Of a stretch of DNA of 42,344 nucleotides, positions 1 through 8,231 are shown one piece after another. Both the position numbers and the translations under genes were made by a program. This stretch comes from a virus. The notes beneath the pieces are model-generated. The model was not told the DNA's origin and made no database searches. It was given only the letters and a program-made list of their open reading frames with translations. The stretch lies in the IMG/VR virus record IMGVR_UViG_3300045988_117928, positions 1-42,344 of that record; one strand, written 5' to 3'. Positions within the stretch are counted from its first letter, which is position 1. Each line of letters starts with the position of its first letter.

Positions 1-55
1 AACCTTCCCGCGTGAAGCCTTTCAGCACGCGAGCCACAGCTGCGCGCCCTACCAA
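1..55. repeat. Left copy of the 55-bp perfect terminal direct repeat (second copy at 42290-42344)
   Basis: aaccttcccgcgtgaagcctttcagcacgcgagccacagctgcgcgccctaccaa occurs identically at both window ends. It contains an imperfect hairpin cgcgtgaa...ttcagcacgcg. Confidence 0.9.
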
Positions 56-79
56 ACCACAAAAAGTAAAGGAGGACGA

Positions 80-157
80 ATGTCTATCGTCGCAGCAATT
101 ATCAGCGTAATTAGTGCATTTATCAGCGGGTATTTCGCAATGAAACACCGACGTTAA
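80..157 (+). CDS. 25-aa hydrophobic small peptide (MSIVAAIISVISAFISGYFAMKHRR)
   Basis: ATG at 80 sits 6 nt after a strong SD (AAAGGAGG at 67-74). It encodes a single predicted TM helix with a basic C-terminus. Too short for the ORF track. Overlaps the 3' end of the convergent gene 154-621 by 4 nt. Confidence 0.3.
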   Translation: MSIVAAIISVISAFISGYFAMKHRR

Positions 158-621
158 AAACTCGGTGGTCTCACTGTTGGAATCCCAATGTCAGAGAAAT
201 CAAAGCACTGTCGGTCGGGTAGGCTGGCGCCTTTTCTGTAGACCTCGCACCGGAGGTCATCCCCTGAAACAGGCCGCCTAATCAAAGGAACACTTTTAAA
301 TTCGCCTGCGCTGAGGTTCCTAATCTCTAACGGGTGTTTGCCGACTGCGTAGTTTTCGACAATTACGCGGTCTAAATCAGCTATTCCAGGATTCCAAATC
401 CGCAGTGTGCTGTGGTCTGTGGAATCAACATGAAGGCGCTGATTAATTCTGGCTTCCTTCATGGCAACCGCATGCGCCTGCTTTTTAGAAGCATCAGCGG
501 TTTGAGCATTAAGCGTCTGTGCTCGTGAAGATTGCCAGACAGAAACAGCGGCGAAGGCCGCCGAAACAACAGCCGCTCCTGCAGATACCCAAGCAGAGAG
601 ATCCATACCTTCAACTTTCAA
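154..621 (-). CDS. Membrane-anchored hypothetical protein (N-terminal TM helix)
   Basis: 155-aa ORF with a hydrophobic N-terminus (SAWVSAGAAVVSAAFAAVSVW). A GAGGGG SD-like motif lies 7 nt upstream of the TTG at 621. An alternative ATG start is at 605. Confidence 0.45.
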   Translation of the reverse strand: MKVEGMDLSAWVSAGAAVVSAAFAAVSVWQSSRAQTLNAQTADASKKQAHAVAMKEARINQRLHVDSTDHSTLRIWNPGIADLDRVIVENYAVGKHPLEIRNLSAGEFKSVPLIRRPVSGDDLRCEVYRKGASLPDRQCFDFSDIGIPTVRPPSF

Positions 622-626
622 AACTC

Positions 627-669
627 GCCCCTCGTCCCTGCTGCAACCAGGAAACGAGGGGCTTCTTTT
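627..669 (+). terminator. Stem-loop gcccctcgt/acgaggggc followed by TTCTTTT, in the divergent intergenic region
   Basis: 9-bp perfect inverted repeat (627-635 and 654-662) followed by a T-rich run, between the divergent genes 154-621(-) and 691-900(+). Confidence 0.4.
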
Positions 670-690
670 ACTACCTAGAGAGGGGTAGCA

Positions 691-900
691 ATGAAAACTT
701 TATCAGGGGTTACGTATCTTTCCCCGGATGAGTTCGCGGAGGCTGCGAACTGTCACCCAGAAACCGTCCGCGAGGCTTGCCGGCGTCGCGAGATTCCGGG
801 AGCGACGCAGCGCACTCGACGGGGCCGTTGGAAGATTCCAGCGTCCAGTGTGCCCGCTTTTGCCCGCGGCCTGGAGTTCTACGGCGGTGATGCAGCATGA
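691..900 (+). CDS. Excisionase/AlpA-family HTH DNA-binding protein (Xis-like), first gene of the rightward early operon
   Basis: 69 aa. The stretch LSPDEFAEAANCHPETVREACRRREIPGA..RRGRWKIP is typical of phage excisionase/MerR-like winged HTH proteins. SD GAGAGGGG upstream. Confidence 0.6.
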   Translation: MKTLSGVTYLSPDEFAEAANCHPETVREACRRREIPGATQRTRRGRWKIPASSVPAFARGLEFYGGDAA

Positions 901-1112
901 GCCAGCATGATGATTTGTTTGACCTGGTGGATGCGTGTGATTTGCGTGTGCCGACTAAGCGCCCGATTGATGAGCGGCCTGACCTGCTCGAGCTCTACAC
1001 CCGCAGGCCGCGTCGTATCGAAACGCGTGCCTTGAAGTGGGACGGTTGGGCGACCGTGTTCTGCATCATGTGGGGGTTGATTATCTTCCTCGCGCTGGTG
1101 ATGTGCCTATGA
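897..1112 (+). CDS. Hypothetical small protein with C-terminal TM helix
   Basis: 71-aa ORF. Its start overlaps the stop of the upstream gene (ATGA). C-terminus WATVFCIMWGLIIFLALVMCL is hydrophobic. Confidence 0.4.
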   Translation: MSQHDDLFDLVDACDLRVPTKRPIDERPDLLELYTRRPRRIETRALKWDGWATVFCIMWGLIIFLALVMCL

Positions 1113-1570
1113 AAACCATGACCCGGCAGAAAACCTGCACCATACCCGGCTGCCACCGACTACCCGCAGCCAAAGGGAAATGCACCCACCACCTCGGCCT
1201 GATTACTAACGGACAAATAACAAGCCGTCACCTGCGAATGAAGGAGGAGACCATGGCACCGCGACAATTCGAGTTTTTCGATGAGCCTCCTCGGAGCGTG
1301 AACCGCAGACAGGAGCTCACAGCAGAGCTACGCGAGTTTGCTGAAGCACTGCAGGCTAACGCTGGCCGGTGGGCGCAGCTGCCCCCGGATTTGATTAATC
1401 CACGTTGGGATTCACTGACTGGTGAGGAAAAGGCGTCAGAGGTGGCACGTCTTACCCGGGCAATTACTAAGGGCGCTGCGTGGCGGATGCCTGGCGGCCA
1501 TTTCCGTGCTTCCCGAGTGAATGGGAGCGTGTGGGCCACGTGGGTTGAGTATGACGGGGTGAGACCATGA
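1109..1570 (+). CDS. Hypothetical protein with Cys/His cluster (CTIPGCHRLPAAKGKCTHH)
   Basis: ATG at 1109 overlaps the upstream stop (ATGA). The ORF runs in frame to 1570. It has a zinc-finger-like CxxxC...CxHH motif. Confidence 0.45.
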   Translation: MKTMTRQKTCTIPGCHRLPAAKGKCTHHLGLITNGQITSRHLRMKEETMAPRQFEFFDEPPRSVNRRQELTAELREFAEALQANAGRWAQLPPDLINPRWDSLTGEEKASEVARLTRAITKGAAWRMPGGHFRASRVNGSVWATWVEYDGVRP

Positions 1571-1761
1571 CAATTCGCCGATTAACCGATGCCGAGCGCG
1601 TGCAGATCCGTAGTGACTACCGGCAGCTCCGCCGCCAAAGACTGTCTTCCCACGGCACTGTGCGCCGCATTGCCGAAGCCCGCCGGGTACTACCCGAGGT
1701 CGTCACACGCATCTGTGGTGACCTCATCGACGCCGACCAGCCACAGGGCGGTGACCGGTGA
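1567..1761 (+). CDS. Small HTH-like DNA-binding protein
   Basis: 64 aa, Arg-rich. A GTVRRIAEARRV helix-turn-helix-like segment is present. Start overlaps the upstream stop. Confidence 0.4.
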   Translation: MTIRRLTDAERVQIRSDYRQLRRQRLSSHGTVRRIAEARRVLPEVVTRICGDLIDADQPQGGDR

Positions 1762-1991
1762 GCAAAGAAGCCTACGTGGAGCACCTGGCGCACCGCGCGC
1801 TCTACGACGAGTACGCCCGCCCCGGTGTCGGCTGCCACCCCGCACTCAAACGGCTGCTGTATGAGCGCGGCTGGGCAGACCCCACAACAGGGCGACTAAC
1901 CGACGCAGGGCGCCGCCACATGACCTATCTCATCAATCAGCACATCATCAGTGGTGCGCCAATCCCAGGAGATCCATATGAATCCTGCTGA
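1758..1991 (+). CDS. Hypothetical protein
   Basis: 77-aa ORF, translationally coupled (start overlaps upstream stop). Confidence 0.4.
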   Translation: MSKEAYVEHLAHRALYDEYARPGVGCHPALKRLLYERGWADPTTGRLTDAGRRHMTYLINQHIISGAPIPGDPYESC

Positions 1992-2134
1992 ATTCCCCGA
2001 TGTCCGACCGCCGGCTGGAAGGCATTATCCCGAAGACGACGTGTCTGACATCGCGGTGTCTATCGGCTGTTCGACCGCGGTGGTCGCATTCATTTTGATT
2101 GTCATTTTTATCTCCAATTTGTAAAGGAGCTGTC

Positions 2135-2347
2135 GTGCAGAGTTACAGGAATCGTAGTGGCGATGTCGTTATCGATGAGCATTTTCTCGATGAGGACGTG
2201 TTTGTGACTGCTACCAGTCAGAAGGTCACGTGCCCGGTGTCTGTCTATTTCGGTGACAACAGTCACGATATGACCTCAGCAGAAGCTCGCTGGCTCGGAA
2301 CCGCCCTGATCAAATCAGCGAACCTAGCCGAAAGGGGAGAGGAGTGA
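2135..2347 (+). CDS. Hypothetical protein
   Basis: GTG at 2135 is preceded by AAGGAG at 2124-2129. In frame with track ORF 2099-2347. Confidence 0.35.
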   Translation: MQSYRNRSGDVVIDEHFLDEDVFVTATSQKVTCPVSVYFGDNSHDMTSAEARWLGTALIKSANLAERGEE

Positions 2348-3279
2348 CACAGCTTCAAATCCCCAACCGGCTGCACGTGGTGAAAGACCCGGCGCCACCC
2401 GGCACACCAGAGTGGGCTCGCCTGGTCACTGCGTCGAAGGTCGCCGGCATCGTCGGCGAGTCCGCCTACGCGACGCCATACAGCGTGTGGAACACGATGC
2501 GGGGCATCAGGGTTGAGCCTTCCGGCATGGAGGACCGGTTCTTGACTGGCCACGCGATGGAGCATGCCCTGGCCTACTGGTGGGCGCAGAAGAACCCAGA
2601 CTGGCGAATATCAAGGGGAGAGGTGCAGGTCACCAACCCGCACCTACCGTTCCCTAACGCTGCCACGCTTGACCGCATCGCGACCAGGAAAGGCCACGTC
2701 CGTAGCCCGAAGCATTCCCGTTGCGTGCAGTTCAAAACTGTTAGTGACTGGGAGGAGTATCAGAATCTGACGCCGGAGACGATTCCAGCGGATTGGCTCG
2801 TCCAAGAGACCATCGAGATGTTGTTCTCCGGGCTAGTACAGATGTCTGCGCTGATCGTGGTGTGCGGGCCGTTCTACGAGTGGAAGCAGCTGGAAGTGCC
2901 GTGGCTACCCGAGTTCGCCGTCGAGCTCGTTGAGTCGACGGAACACCACCTGGAGCTTGAGGAACCACCAGCCCCGACGGCGCCGAACGATTACAAGATC
3001 GCGAAGCTCCGGCACCCGGATATCGACGATGACGCCGCACCGGTGACCATCGACCATGCCACCGCTACCGAGTGGGACGAGACCAAGACCGCGGCAAAGC
3101 TTGCTGGCCGCATGAAGCGCACGGCGGATAAGCACGCTGAGGTGGCCGGGGCGAAGCTACTGGAAGCGATGGGTGCTGCCGCGACCGCCATCAACCCGGA
3201 CGGGTACGTCATCGCTAAGCGTGTCGCCACGAAGAAGGGCGTGCAGCTACGTCACGTGCCGCTACCGGAGGAGAAATAA
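2344..3279 (+). CDS. YqaJ-like viral recombinase exonuclease (lambda Exo / PD-(D/E)XK family)
   Basis: 311 aa. N-terminal TASKVAGIVGESAYATPYSVW...GHAMEHAL and the ...VQFKT pattern match YqaJ phage exonucleases. Sits immediately upstream of the RecT gene (exo-annealase pair). Confidence 0.75.
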   Translation: MTQLQIPNRLHVVKDPAPPGTPEWARLVTASKVAGIVGESAYATPYSVWNTMRGIRVEPSGMEDRFLTGHAMEHALAYWWAQKNPDWRISRGEVQVTNPHLPFPNAATLDRIATRKGHVRSPKHSRCVQFKTVSDWEEYQNLTPETIPADWLVQETIEMLFSGLVQMSALIVVCGPFYEWKQLEVPWLPEFAVELVESTEHHLELEEPPAPTAPNDYKIAKLRHPDIDDDAAPVTIDHATATEWDETKTAAKLAGRMKRTADKHAEVAGAKLLEAMGAAATAINPDGYVIAKRVATKKGVQLRHVPLPEEK

Positions 3280-4245
3280 ATGACACAGAAACCAACCACC
3301 ACAACTACCCGCGCTGAAAACAGTGCGGGTTTTCCTATCCCAGAAGGAGAAACCATGAACCTACCAGCGACAACAGGAAACCAGGGTGCCCAAATGCCGG
3401 CGCAGACGCTCATGCAGAAGGGCGTCGAGAAACTCCGCCAGCACGCTGAGCTCAAGCAAATGGCATACGACTACGCCGAGTTCATCACCAAGACCGGAGC
3501 GTGCCCAGCGATCTATAAGAACAAGCCGATGGATGCCGCGGCAGCGATTATCCGCGGCACAGCCCTTGGTTTCGACCCAGACGGCGCACTCGAAGCGTTC
3601 TTCGTCATCCAAGGCAAGACTGGCATGTACGCCCGAGCGATGATTGCCGTCGCAGAAAACGTTGGCTGCCGAGTGTGGGAAGAAGAGGCCACCGACGACT
3701 CGGTCACATGGTGCGGTATCCGCCCAGGCGATGACAAGGTCGAGCGTGTCACGTGGACGATGGAACTCGCTGAACGCGCAGGGTACACGCGGAATGCGAA
3801 GTACAAGACGAATCCGCGTGAGATGCTGCGCGCGAAGTGCCAGGCTGAGCTTGCCCGTATCGTCGCCCCAGGCGCATTGATGGGGTTGGTGTCGGAAGCG
3901 GAACCGGATGCGCATAAGCCGGTGCGTGCTGAGGCAACACGGGTTGATACCCAGCAAGGTGGCGCGTTGGGGGCGTTGGAGGCGGCACGACAGCGAGTCC
4001 ACGCACGCCGCCAACCAAAACCAGAACCGGAACCGGCGCAGGACGCGGACGTTATCACTGATGATGACCCGGAGCTGTTAGCTGCTGTTGTCGACGAGTA
4101 CCTGAGCGAGATTCCGAAGGCCCAGTCGCAGGATGAGGTCACCAAGATCATGAATGACGCCAAGGAAGACGGGCTGCCGCAGGAGCAGTTCGACACGGTT
4201 CGCCAGGCAGCTAAGGCACGTTGGGAGGAACTCAACAATGCGTAA
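3280..4245 (+). CDS. recT: RecT-family single-strand annealing protein
   Basis: 321 aa. Directly follows the YqaJ exonuclease gene in the classic RecET/Red-like arrangement. Acidic C-terminal tail. Confidence 0.7.
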   Translation: MTQKPTTTTTRAENSAGFPIPEGETMNLPATTGNQGAQMPAQTLMQKGVEKLRQHAELKQMAYDYAEFITKTGACPAIYKNKPMDAAAAIIRGTALGFDPDGALEAFFVIQGKTGMYARAMIAVAENVGCRVWEEEATDDSVTWCGIRPGDDKVERVTWTMELAERAGYTRNAKYKTNPREMLRAKCQAELARIVAPGALMGLVSEAEPDAHKPVRAEATRVDTQQGGALGALEAARQRVHARRQPKPEPEPAQDADVITDDDPELLAAVVDEYLSEIPKAQSQDEVTKIMNDAKEDGLPQEQFDTVRQAAKARWEELNNA

Positions 4246-4648
4246 CCCGAACCTTGTAGTTATTGGCGGCAACCTGGGTGGTGACGCGAGGTACGCGGTC
4301 ACGCAGTCCGGCAAAGAGGTTGTGTCGTTCTCGGTTGGGCATACCAGGTCGCAGTTTAATGAGCGGTCCAATTCCTGGGAAGAGGCCAACACAACCTGGT
4401 GGAACGTCACCTACTGGGGTAGTGACAGGGAAGATCTACAGCGCCTGTCTGAGCAGTTGACACGGGGCCGTCGTGTGATTGTGACCGGGCGTGCTGAGCA
4501 GCGCCCGTATACGACGAAGGACGGCCGCGATGGTGTCTCTCTGGACCTGCTGGCTTCCACGGTGAGTTTGGTGCCGAAGATTGGGCGTGACACTGCGGCG
4601 TCGAATACTGCTGCGGGGTTTGATTCCTCTGCTCAGCCGCCGTGGTAG
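4238..4648 (+). CDS. ssb: Single-stranded DNA-binding protein
   Basis: ATG at 4238 overlaps the recT stop. The OB-fold sequence MRNPNLVVIGGNLGGDARYAVTQSGKEVVSFSVGHTRSQF...WWNVTYWG...RVIVTGR is SSB-like. Gly-rich acidic tail. Confidence 0.8.
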   Translation: MRNPNLVVIGGNLGGDARYAVTQSGKEVVSFSVGHTRSQFNERSNSWEEANTTWWNVTYWGSDREDLQRLSEQLTRGRRVIVTGRAEQRPYTTKDGRDGVSLDLLASTVSLVPKIGRDTAASNTAAGFDSSAQPPW

Positions 4649-4663
4649 GAGTGACGCCACCGT

Positions 4664-4954
4664 ATGAGTATTCCCGCCGTCAGGTGGGTGACTAAGGATG
4701 TTAGAGGTATTACCACTACGGAGCGGGCAGTGCTTTACATGCTCGCGGATATGGCCAGTGAGCGGGACGGCCTGCAGCAGGCGTGGCCGTCTGCGGCGAC
4801 TATCTCAGAGTCGATTGGTATCAGCCACCGGACGGCGTACCGGGCTCTAAATTCGTTGGAGGAAAAAGGGTTTCTTGCCCGTGGGGATCAGAGTCTGGCC
4901 GGCAAGATTCGAAGCGACCGTAGGCCGATTGTGTGGTGTCTGAAAACACCATGA
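4664..4954 (+). CDS. Winged-HTH protein resembling replication-initiator N-terminal domains
   Basis: 96 aa. The segment AVLYMLADMASERDGLQQAWPSAATISESIGISHRTAYRALNSLEEKGFL is an HTH_36-type DNA-binding domain. Lies immediately upstream of the iteron tract. Confidence 0.55.
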   Translation: MSIPAVRWVTKDVRGITTTERAVLYMLADMASERDGLQQAWPSAATISESIGISHRTAYRALNSLEEKGFLARGDQSLAGKIRSDRRPIVWCLKTP

Positions 4955-5245
4955 CGGGGTGACACCGATGTCATGCCGTAGCGTTTTCACGACCTGACAC
5001 TGGTGACCGAACGACCTGACACCGGTGACCGAACGACCTGACACCGGTGTCATACAAAGCAGTAATAGAAGCTAATAGTTAACCCCGCTCGCTCCGCTCC
5101 GCTCACTCCGTTCGCTGCGCTTCGCTCCCTGTAAGACTTCCCGAAGCGGTAAATATCCCGCGGCATGACACTGGTGACATACCGCCACACACCCACCCCG
5201 ACACACAGCAGCGCCACCACTGGCACGCCCACACAACCCATATCG
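4955..5245. repeat. Iteron/ori-like noncoding tract: 3 tandem 22-bp repeats, palindromic TGACACCGGTGTCA sites, a CGCTC pentamer array and a CA-rich segment
   Basis: gacctgacac(t/c)ggtgaccgaac occurs three times at 4991-5056. The perfect palindrome tgacaccggtgtca is at 5039-5052, with related sites at 4960-4973 and 5164-5180. cgctc-type pentamers run about 5086-5130. Confidence 0.6.
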
Positions 5246-5246
5246 A

Positions 5247-5272
5247 CCGCGCTCTCGCAGCGCGGTTTTTTT
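5247..5272 (+). terminator. Rho-independent terminator
   Basis: ccgcgct-ctcgc-agcgcgg: a 7-bp perfect stem followed by TTTTTTT. Confidence 0.65.
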
Positions 5273-5289
5273 CATGCAAGGAGAAAACA

Positions 5290-5664
5290 ATGAGACGAAA
5301 CAGGGCATCCGCCAAAAAAGCCGGAGCCGCCTTCGAACGCCAAGTAGCTGACTATCTAGCCGCGCATGTTGATGACCGCATCGACCGCCGAGTCAAAACC
5401 GGAGCCAACGACTGCGGAGACATCGCCGGAGTCCGCACCCCCTGGAACGACCGCGTAGTCATCGAATGCAAAAACACCACCCGCATGAACCTCGGGTCAT
5501 GGATCAACGAAGCGGAAACCGAGCGGGTCAATGACGGCGCGTACATCGGCGTGGTTGTCCATAAGCGCCACGGCAAGGGCGACTCGGCGCAGCAGTTGGT
5601 GTCGATGACCCTGGAGACGTTCGCGAAGCTGTTGGACGGCAAAACCGGAGAAGATGCGCTGTGA
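5290..5664 (+). CDS. PD-(D/E)XK / VRR-NUC-like nuclease, putative Holliday-junction resolvase
   Basis: 124 aa. The motif GDIAGV...DRVVIECKNTT...LGSWINEAETERVNDGAYIGVVV matches D...E-x-K nuclease and VRR-NUC patterns. SD GGAGAAAAC upstream. Confidence 0.5.
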   Translation: MRRNRASAKKAGAAFERQVADYLAAHVDDRIDRRVKTGANDCGDIAGVRTPWNDRVVIECKNTTRMNLGSWINEAETERVNDGAYIGVVVHKRHGKGDSAQQLVSMTLETFAKLLDGKTGEDAL

Positions 5665-5690
5665 GCCGATTTAAGACACTGAATATCAGC

Positions 5691-5756
5691 ATGTGGGCAT
5701 GGGTGGCGCTCGGCCTGTCCTGGTCGCTCTACGAGCACGCTAGGGGGCAAAAATGA
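5691..5756 (+). CDS. 21-aa hydrophobic micro-ORF (MWAWVALGLSWSLYEHARGQK)
   Basis: In the gap between 5664 and 5753. Its stop overlaps the next start (ATGA). Very tentative. Confidence 0.15.
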   Translation: MWAWVALGLSWSLYEHARGQK

Positions 5757-6043
5757 GCAACCGACACGTGTGGAGCAACATTGACCCCGATGGTCAGCGT
5801 GTTTGGAACGTCACCACCTACACCAAAGACAAGTACACCTCCCAGACGCTCCCAGAATGGCCCCGCTTCCAAGGCTGGAAGGACGCGGTTGCCTGGGCGC
5901 TGCATCTGTATTCCATCGGTGAAGCGCCTGTCGATGACCGGCGGACGCGGAACCGTGACGCTGATTGGCCGTGTCTGACCTGCAACCGATGGTCAACCAA
6001 CTGCTGCAACCCGTGGGAAACACCCCAAGAACACGACGACTAG
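5753..6043 (+). CDS. Hypothetical Trp/Cys-rich small protein
   Basis: 96 aa. SD AGGGGG upstream. C-terminal CLTCNRWSTNCCNPW Cys cluster. Confidence 0.4.
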   Translation: MSNRHVWSNIDPDGQRVWNVTTYTKDKYTSQTLPEWPRFQGWKDAVAWALHLYSIGEAPVDDRRTRNRDADWPCLTCNRWSTNCCNPWETPQEHDD

Positions 6044-6052
6044 GAGCACAAA

Positions 6053-6289
6053 ATGACACCAGAACAAGCACGAAAACTACTCGCCGGAATGACCACCGAG
6101 TATGCGATTCAAGGAAGCTACGGAGACCCCAAGGAATGGTTCAGGCTCACCGAGTGGCAAGAAGATATGCCACCCCAAGGAACGCTTCGCGCTCTCGTCG
6201 ATGAGGACACAGGCGAACGGTGGCAAATCGACACACGCATCGTTGTCCGCTACGTCACCGCACCACAACCACTAGGAGAAAACCAGTGA
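6053..6289 (+). CDS. Hypothetical protein
   Basis: 78-aa ORF. SD GGAG upstream. Confidence 0.4.
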   Translation: MTPEQARKLLAGMTTEYAIQGSYGDPKEWFRLTEWQEDMPPQGTLRALVDEDTGERWQIDTRIVVRYVTAPQPLGENQ

Positions 6290-6383
6290 CCATCGACATT
6301 CTGATTCAGCTACTCACTGACCCCGGTTTCGCTATCGGCTACCTGGGCGAAGCCGCAAACCACCTCATCAACGGAGCACCACT

Positions 6384-6686
6384 ATGAGCATTATGAAACG
6401 CGCCACTAGAATCATCGAGATTGCCACGCGAGGAGCCCGCACCATCGACGGGCACCCCCTGAAGATTAGCGCCGATACCGCACGGAACATCGCAGAAGCC
6501 CTGGATGATGAGGGGCTCATCATGCCGGGGCATTCTGATGAACCAACGATGATATGGGGGCGGCGAGAGAAAGACGGCCGCATTATTTGGATGGGGGCAG
6601 ATACCCTCGCGGAACGCTTAGCCCGCGAGTCTGGGCGGGGAGTCGCTCGCTATATCGGCCCCATAGCCACCGTAGGGGAGCGGTGA
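6384..6686 (+). CDS. Hypothetical protein
   Basis: 100-aa ORF in the early operon. Confidence 0.4.
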   Translation: MSIMKRATRIIEIATRGARTIDGHPLKISADTARNIAEALDDEGLIMPGHSDEPTMIWGRREKDGRIIWMGADTLAERLARESGRGVARYIGPIATVGER

Positions 6687-6688
6687 CG

Positions 6689-6841
6689 ATGAACCACGTG
6701 ATTGAGCTCCCGGACGATGACGGCACCGGTTTCGACGCGGGCGACCTCGGCACCGCCTGGCTCCCATATTCGGAGCCCCGCGCACAAGACCTGGAAGCCC
6801 TGGCCGTAGCGCTCATCCAACACGCCAAGGACATGAAATGA
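6689..6841 (+). CDS. Hypothetical acidic small protein
   Basis: ATG at 6689, in frame with track ORF 6554-6841. Coupled to its neighbours. Confidence 0.3.
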   Translation: MNHVIELPDDDGTGFDAGDLGTAWLPYSEPRAQDLEALAVALIQHAKDMK

Positions 6842-6981
6842 CCGACAAACCCCGCGTGTGGAAAGCCGGGCACAACTGCTGGGCAGTCACCACCACCTAC
6901 TACTGCGAAGAACTCGGCGAGATGGTCTACACCACCCGGCTGTTCACAACCTGGCAACAAGCAATCAACTACGCCGTGTAA
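6838..6981 (+). CDS. Hypothetical small protein (MTDKPRVWKAGHNCWAVTTTYYCEE...)
   Basis: 47-aa ORF whose start overlaps the upstream stop. Shares a VW...W.VTT.Y motif with the 5753 protein. Confidence 0.3.
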   Translation: MTDKPRVWKAGHNCWAVTTTYYCEELGEMVYTTRLFTTWQQAINYAV

Positions 6982-7119
6982 CAGGACGAACGATGACCGA
7001 CGTGCTCGCGCTATGAGTACTACGGGTCATGGGGCCGGAGCATGGCTCTACCGAGCCAACGACGTGATTACAAGCGGGTAAAGTATCCTCCGATTGAATC
7101 ACGAAGAAGGGGGATCTAG

Positions 7120-7944
7120 ATGTGCGGGTTCCTAGTAGAGAAGCCAAAATGGTCGAAAAATAGCGTTCGGACAATGAGCACTAGGATTCGCCATGGAGAC
7201 CCATATGACGAAGATTTGTTCTGGCAAGTTATCGAGCGGGCAGAGACCATTAATGAGCACGTCACACCTATCGTCAATGACGTCGTAGCCACCGCTGGAT
7301 TGACAGAGCTAGAGCCCGGGGATGATTTGCTAGACCCGGAGTTCAACACAGGAGTGTTTGTCCTGTCGTCGAGAGCGAAAACCAAAACAACAACCATCGA
7401 GAAGCTGAAGCGACAGAAAACTCCTATTGATCGAGTAGATGACATGTCAGGGATTCGAATCGATGCGGCGATCACGCTCACCAAACAATCGACACTTGCA
7501 CTGGAGCTGGCAGATGCGCTGAAAAATGCAGGTGCGACAAGATGCAGAATAAAGGATCACCGCGGCCAGCCGCAGTCAGGGTATCGGGCAGTGCACGTGG
7601 TCGCAGAGTTCCCGGCCGGGCGCGTAGAAGTACAGATCCGTACGGCGATGCAATCATTATGGGCGAACACGTACGAAGTACTTGCGGATAAATTAGGCAG
7701 ATGCATCCGATACGGAGACTGGGAGTCTCTAGAGTCGCCTTTGCACCGAAAGTGGGTAGAGCTCCTACATGAGCTATCAGATGTCATCTACGAATTCGAA
7801 GAGTCTGTTGACCACTTTAAACACTTCGGTCGTGAGTCTATCGCGCAGGAGGAAGCGGAAGAGAGAGAGCAGCATCATTCAGAAATAGTGAGGAAAATTA
7901 AGGACCTACTGGGTAGGATGAGACCAGACGTCCCCACCTACTAG
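7120..7944 (+). CDS. RelA/SpoT-homolog small alarmone synthetase-like nucleotide pyrophosphokinase (toxSAS / Phrann gp29-like)
   Basis: 274 aa. Synthetase-domain motifs SGIRID...GYRAVHVV...VEVQIRTAMQSLWANTYE match the G-x-R, GYRS-H and EIQIRT-Q-WAE blocks of RelA/SpoT synthetases. The gene sits in a clearly lower-GC island (about 48-50% vs 62%). SD GAAGGGGG upstream. Confidence 0.7.
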   Translation: MCGFLVEKPKWSKNSVRTMSTRIRHGDPYDEDLFWQVIERAETINEHVTPIVNDVVATAGLTELEPGDDLLDPEFNTGVFVLSSRAKTKTTTIEKLKRQKTPIDRVDDMSGIRIDAAITLTKQSTLALELADALKNAGATRCRIKDHRGQPQSGYRAVHVVAEFPAGRVEVQIRTAMQSLWANTYEVLADKLGRCIRYGDWESLESPLHRKWVELLHELSDVIYEFEESVDHFKHFGRESIAQEEAEEREQHHSEIVRKIKDLLGRMRPDVPTY

Positions 7945-7958
7945 AAGCGAGCAGTTTA

Positions 7959-8159
7959 ATGACCGGTTTCTTGATTACGTACCGTAAGTCTTCGGGTCAC
8001 GTAAAGGTTGAGTCGTTTCCATCTATGGCGGAGGCGACGCGCAAGCGTCTGCTACTAGACCGAACGAACGATAACCCAGACGTGGAGATTGTAACTGTAG
8101 CGAGCCGAAGCGAAGAGCATCTGAAGCAGTCTCATCGACGATACTTTGCCGCAGCGTGA
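7959..8159 (+). CDS. Small protein downstream of the alarmone synthetase (possible cognate antitoxin/regulator)
   Basis: 66-aa ORF within the same low-GC island, 14 nt after the synthetase stop. Confidence 0.35.
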   Translation: MTGFLITYRKSSGHVKVESFPSMAEATRKRLLLDRTNDNPDVEIVTVASRSEEHLKQSHRRYFAAA

Positions 8160-8231
8160 CTGTAGTTGCGCGACCGTATTGACATCTGAACCACCACTCT
8201 TGCTGTAACCCATACAGCAGAAATGTAAGAA

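Noticed and set aside
6965-7119. Imperfect inverted repeat (atgaccgacg...cgggtcat) upstream of the alarmone synthetase as a terminator
   Set aside because: The stem is imperfect and no T-run follows. More likely incidental, or part of the island's promoter region.
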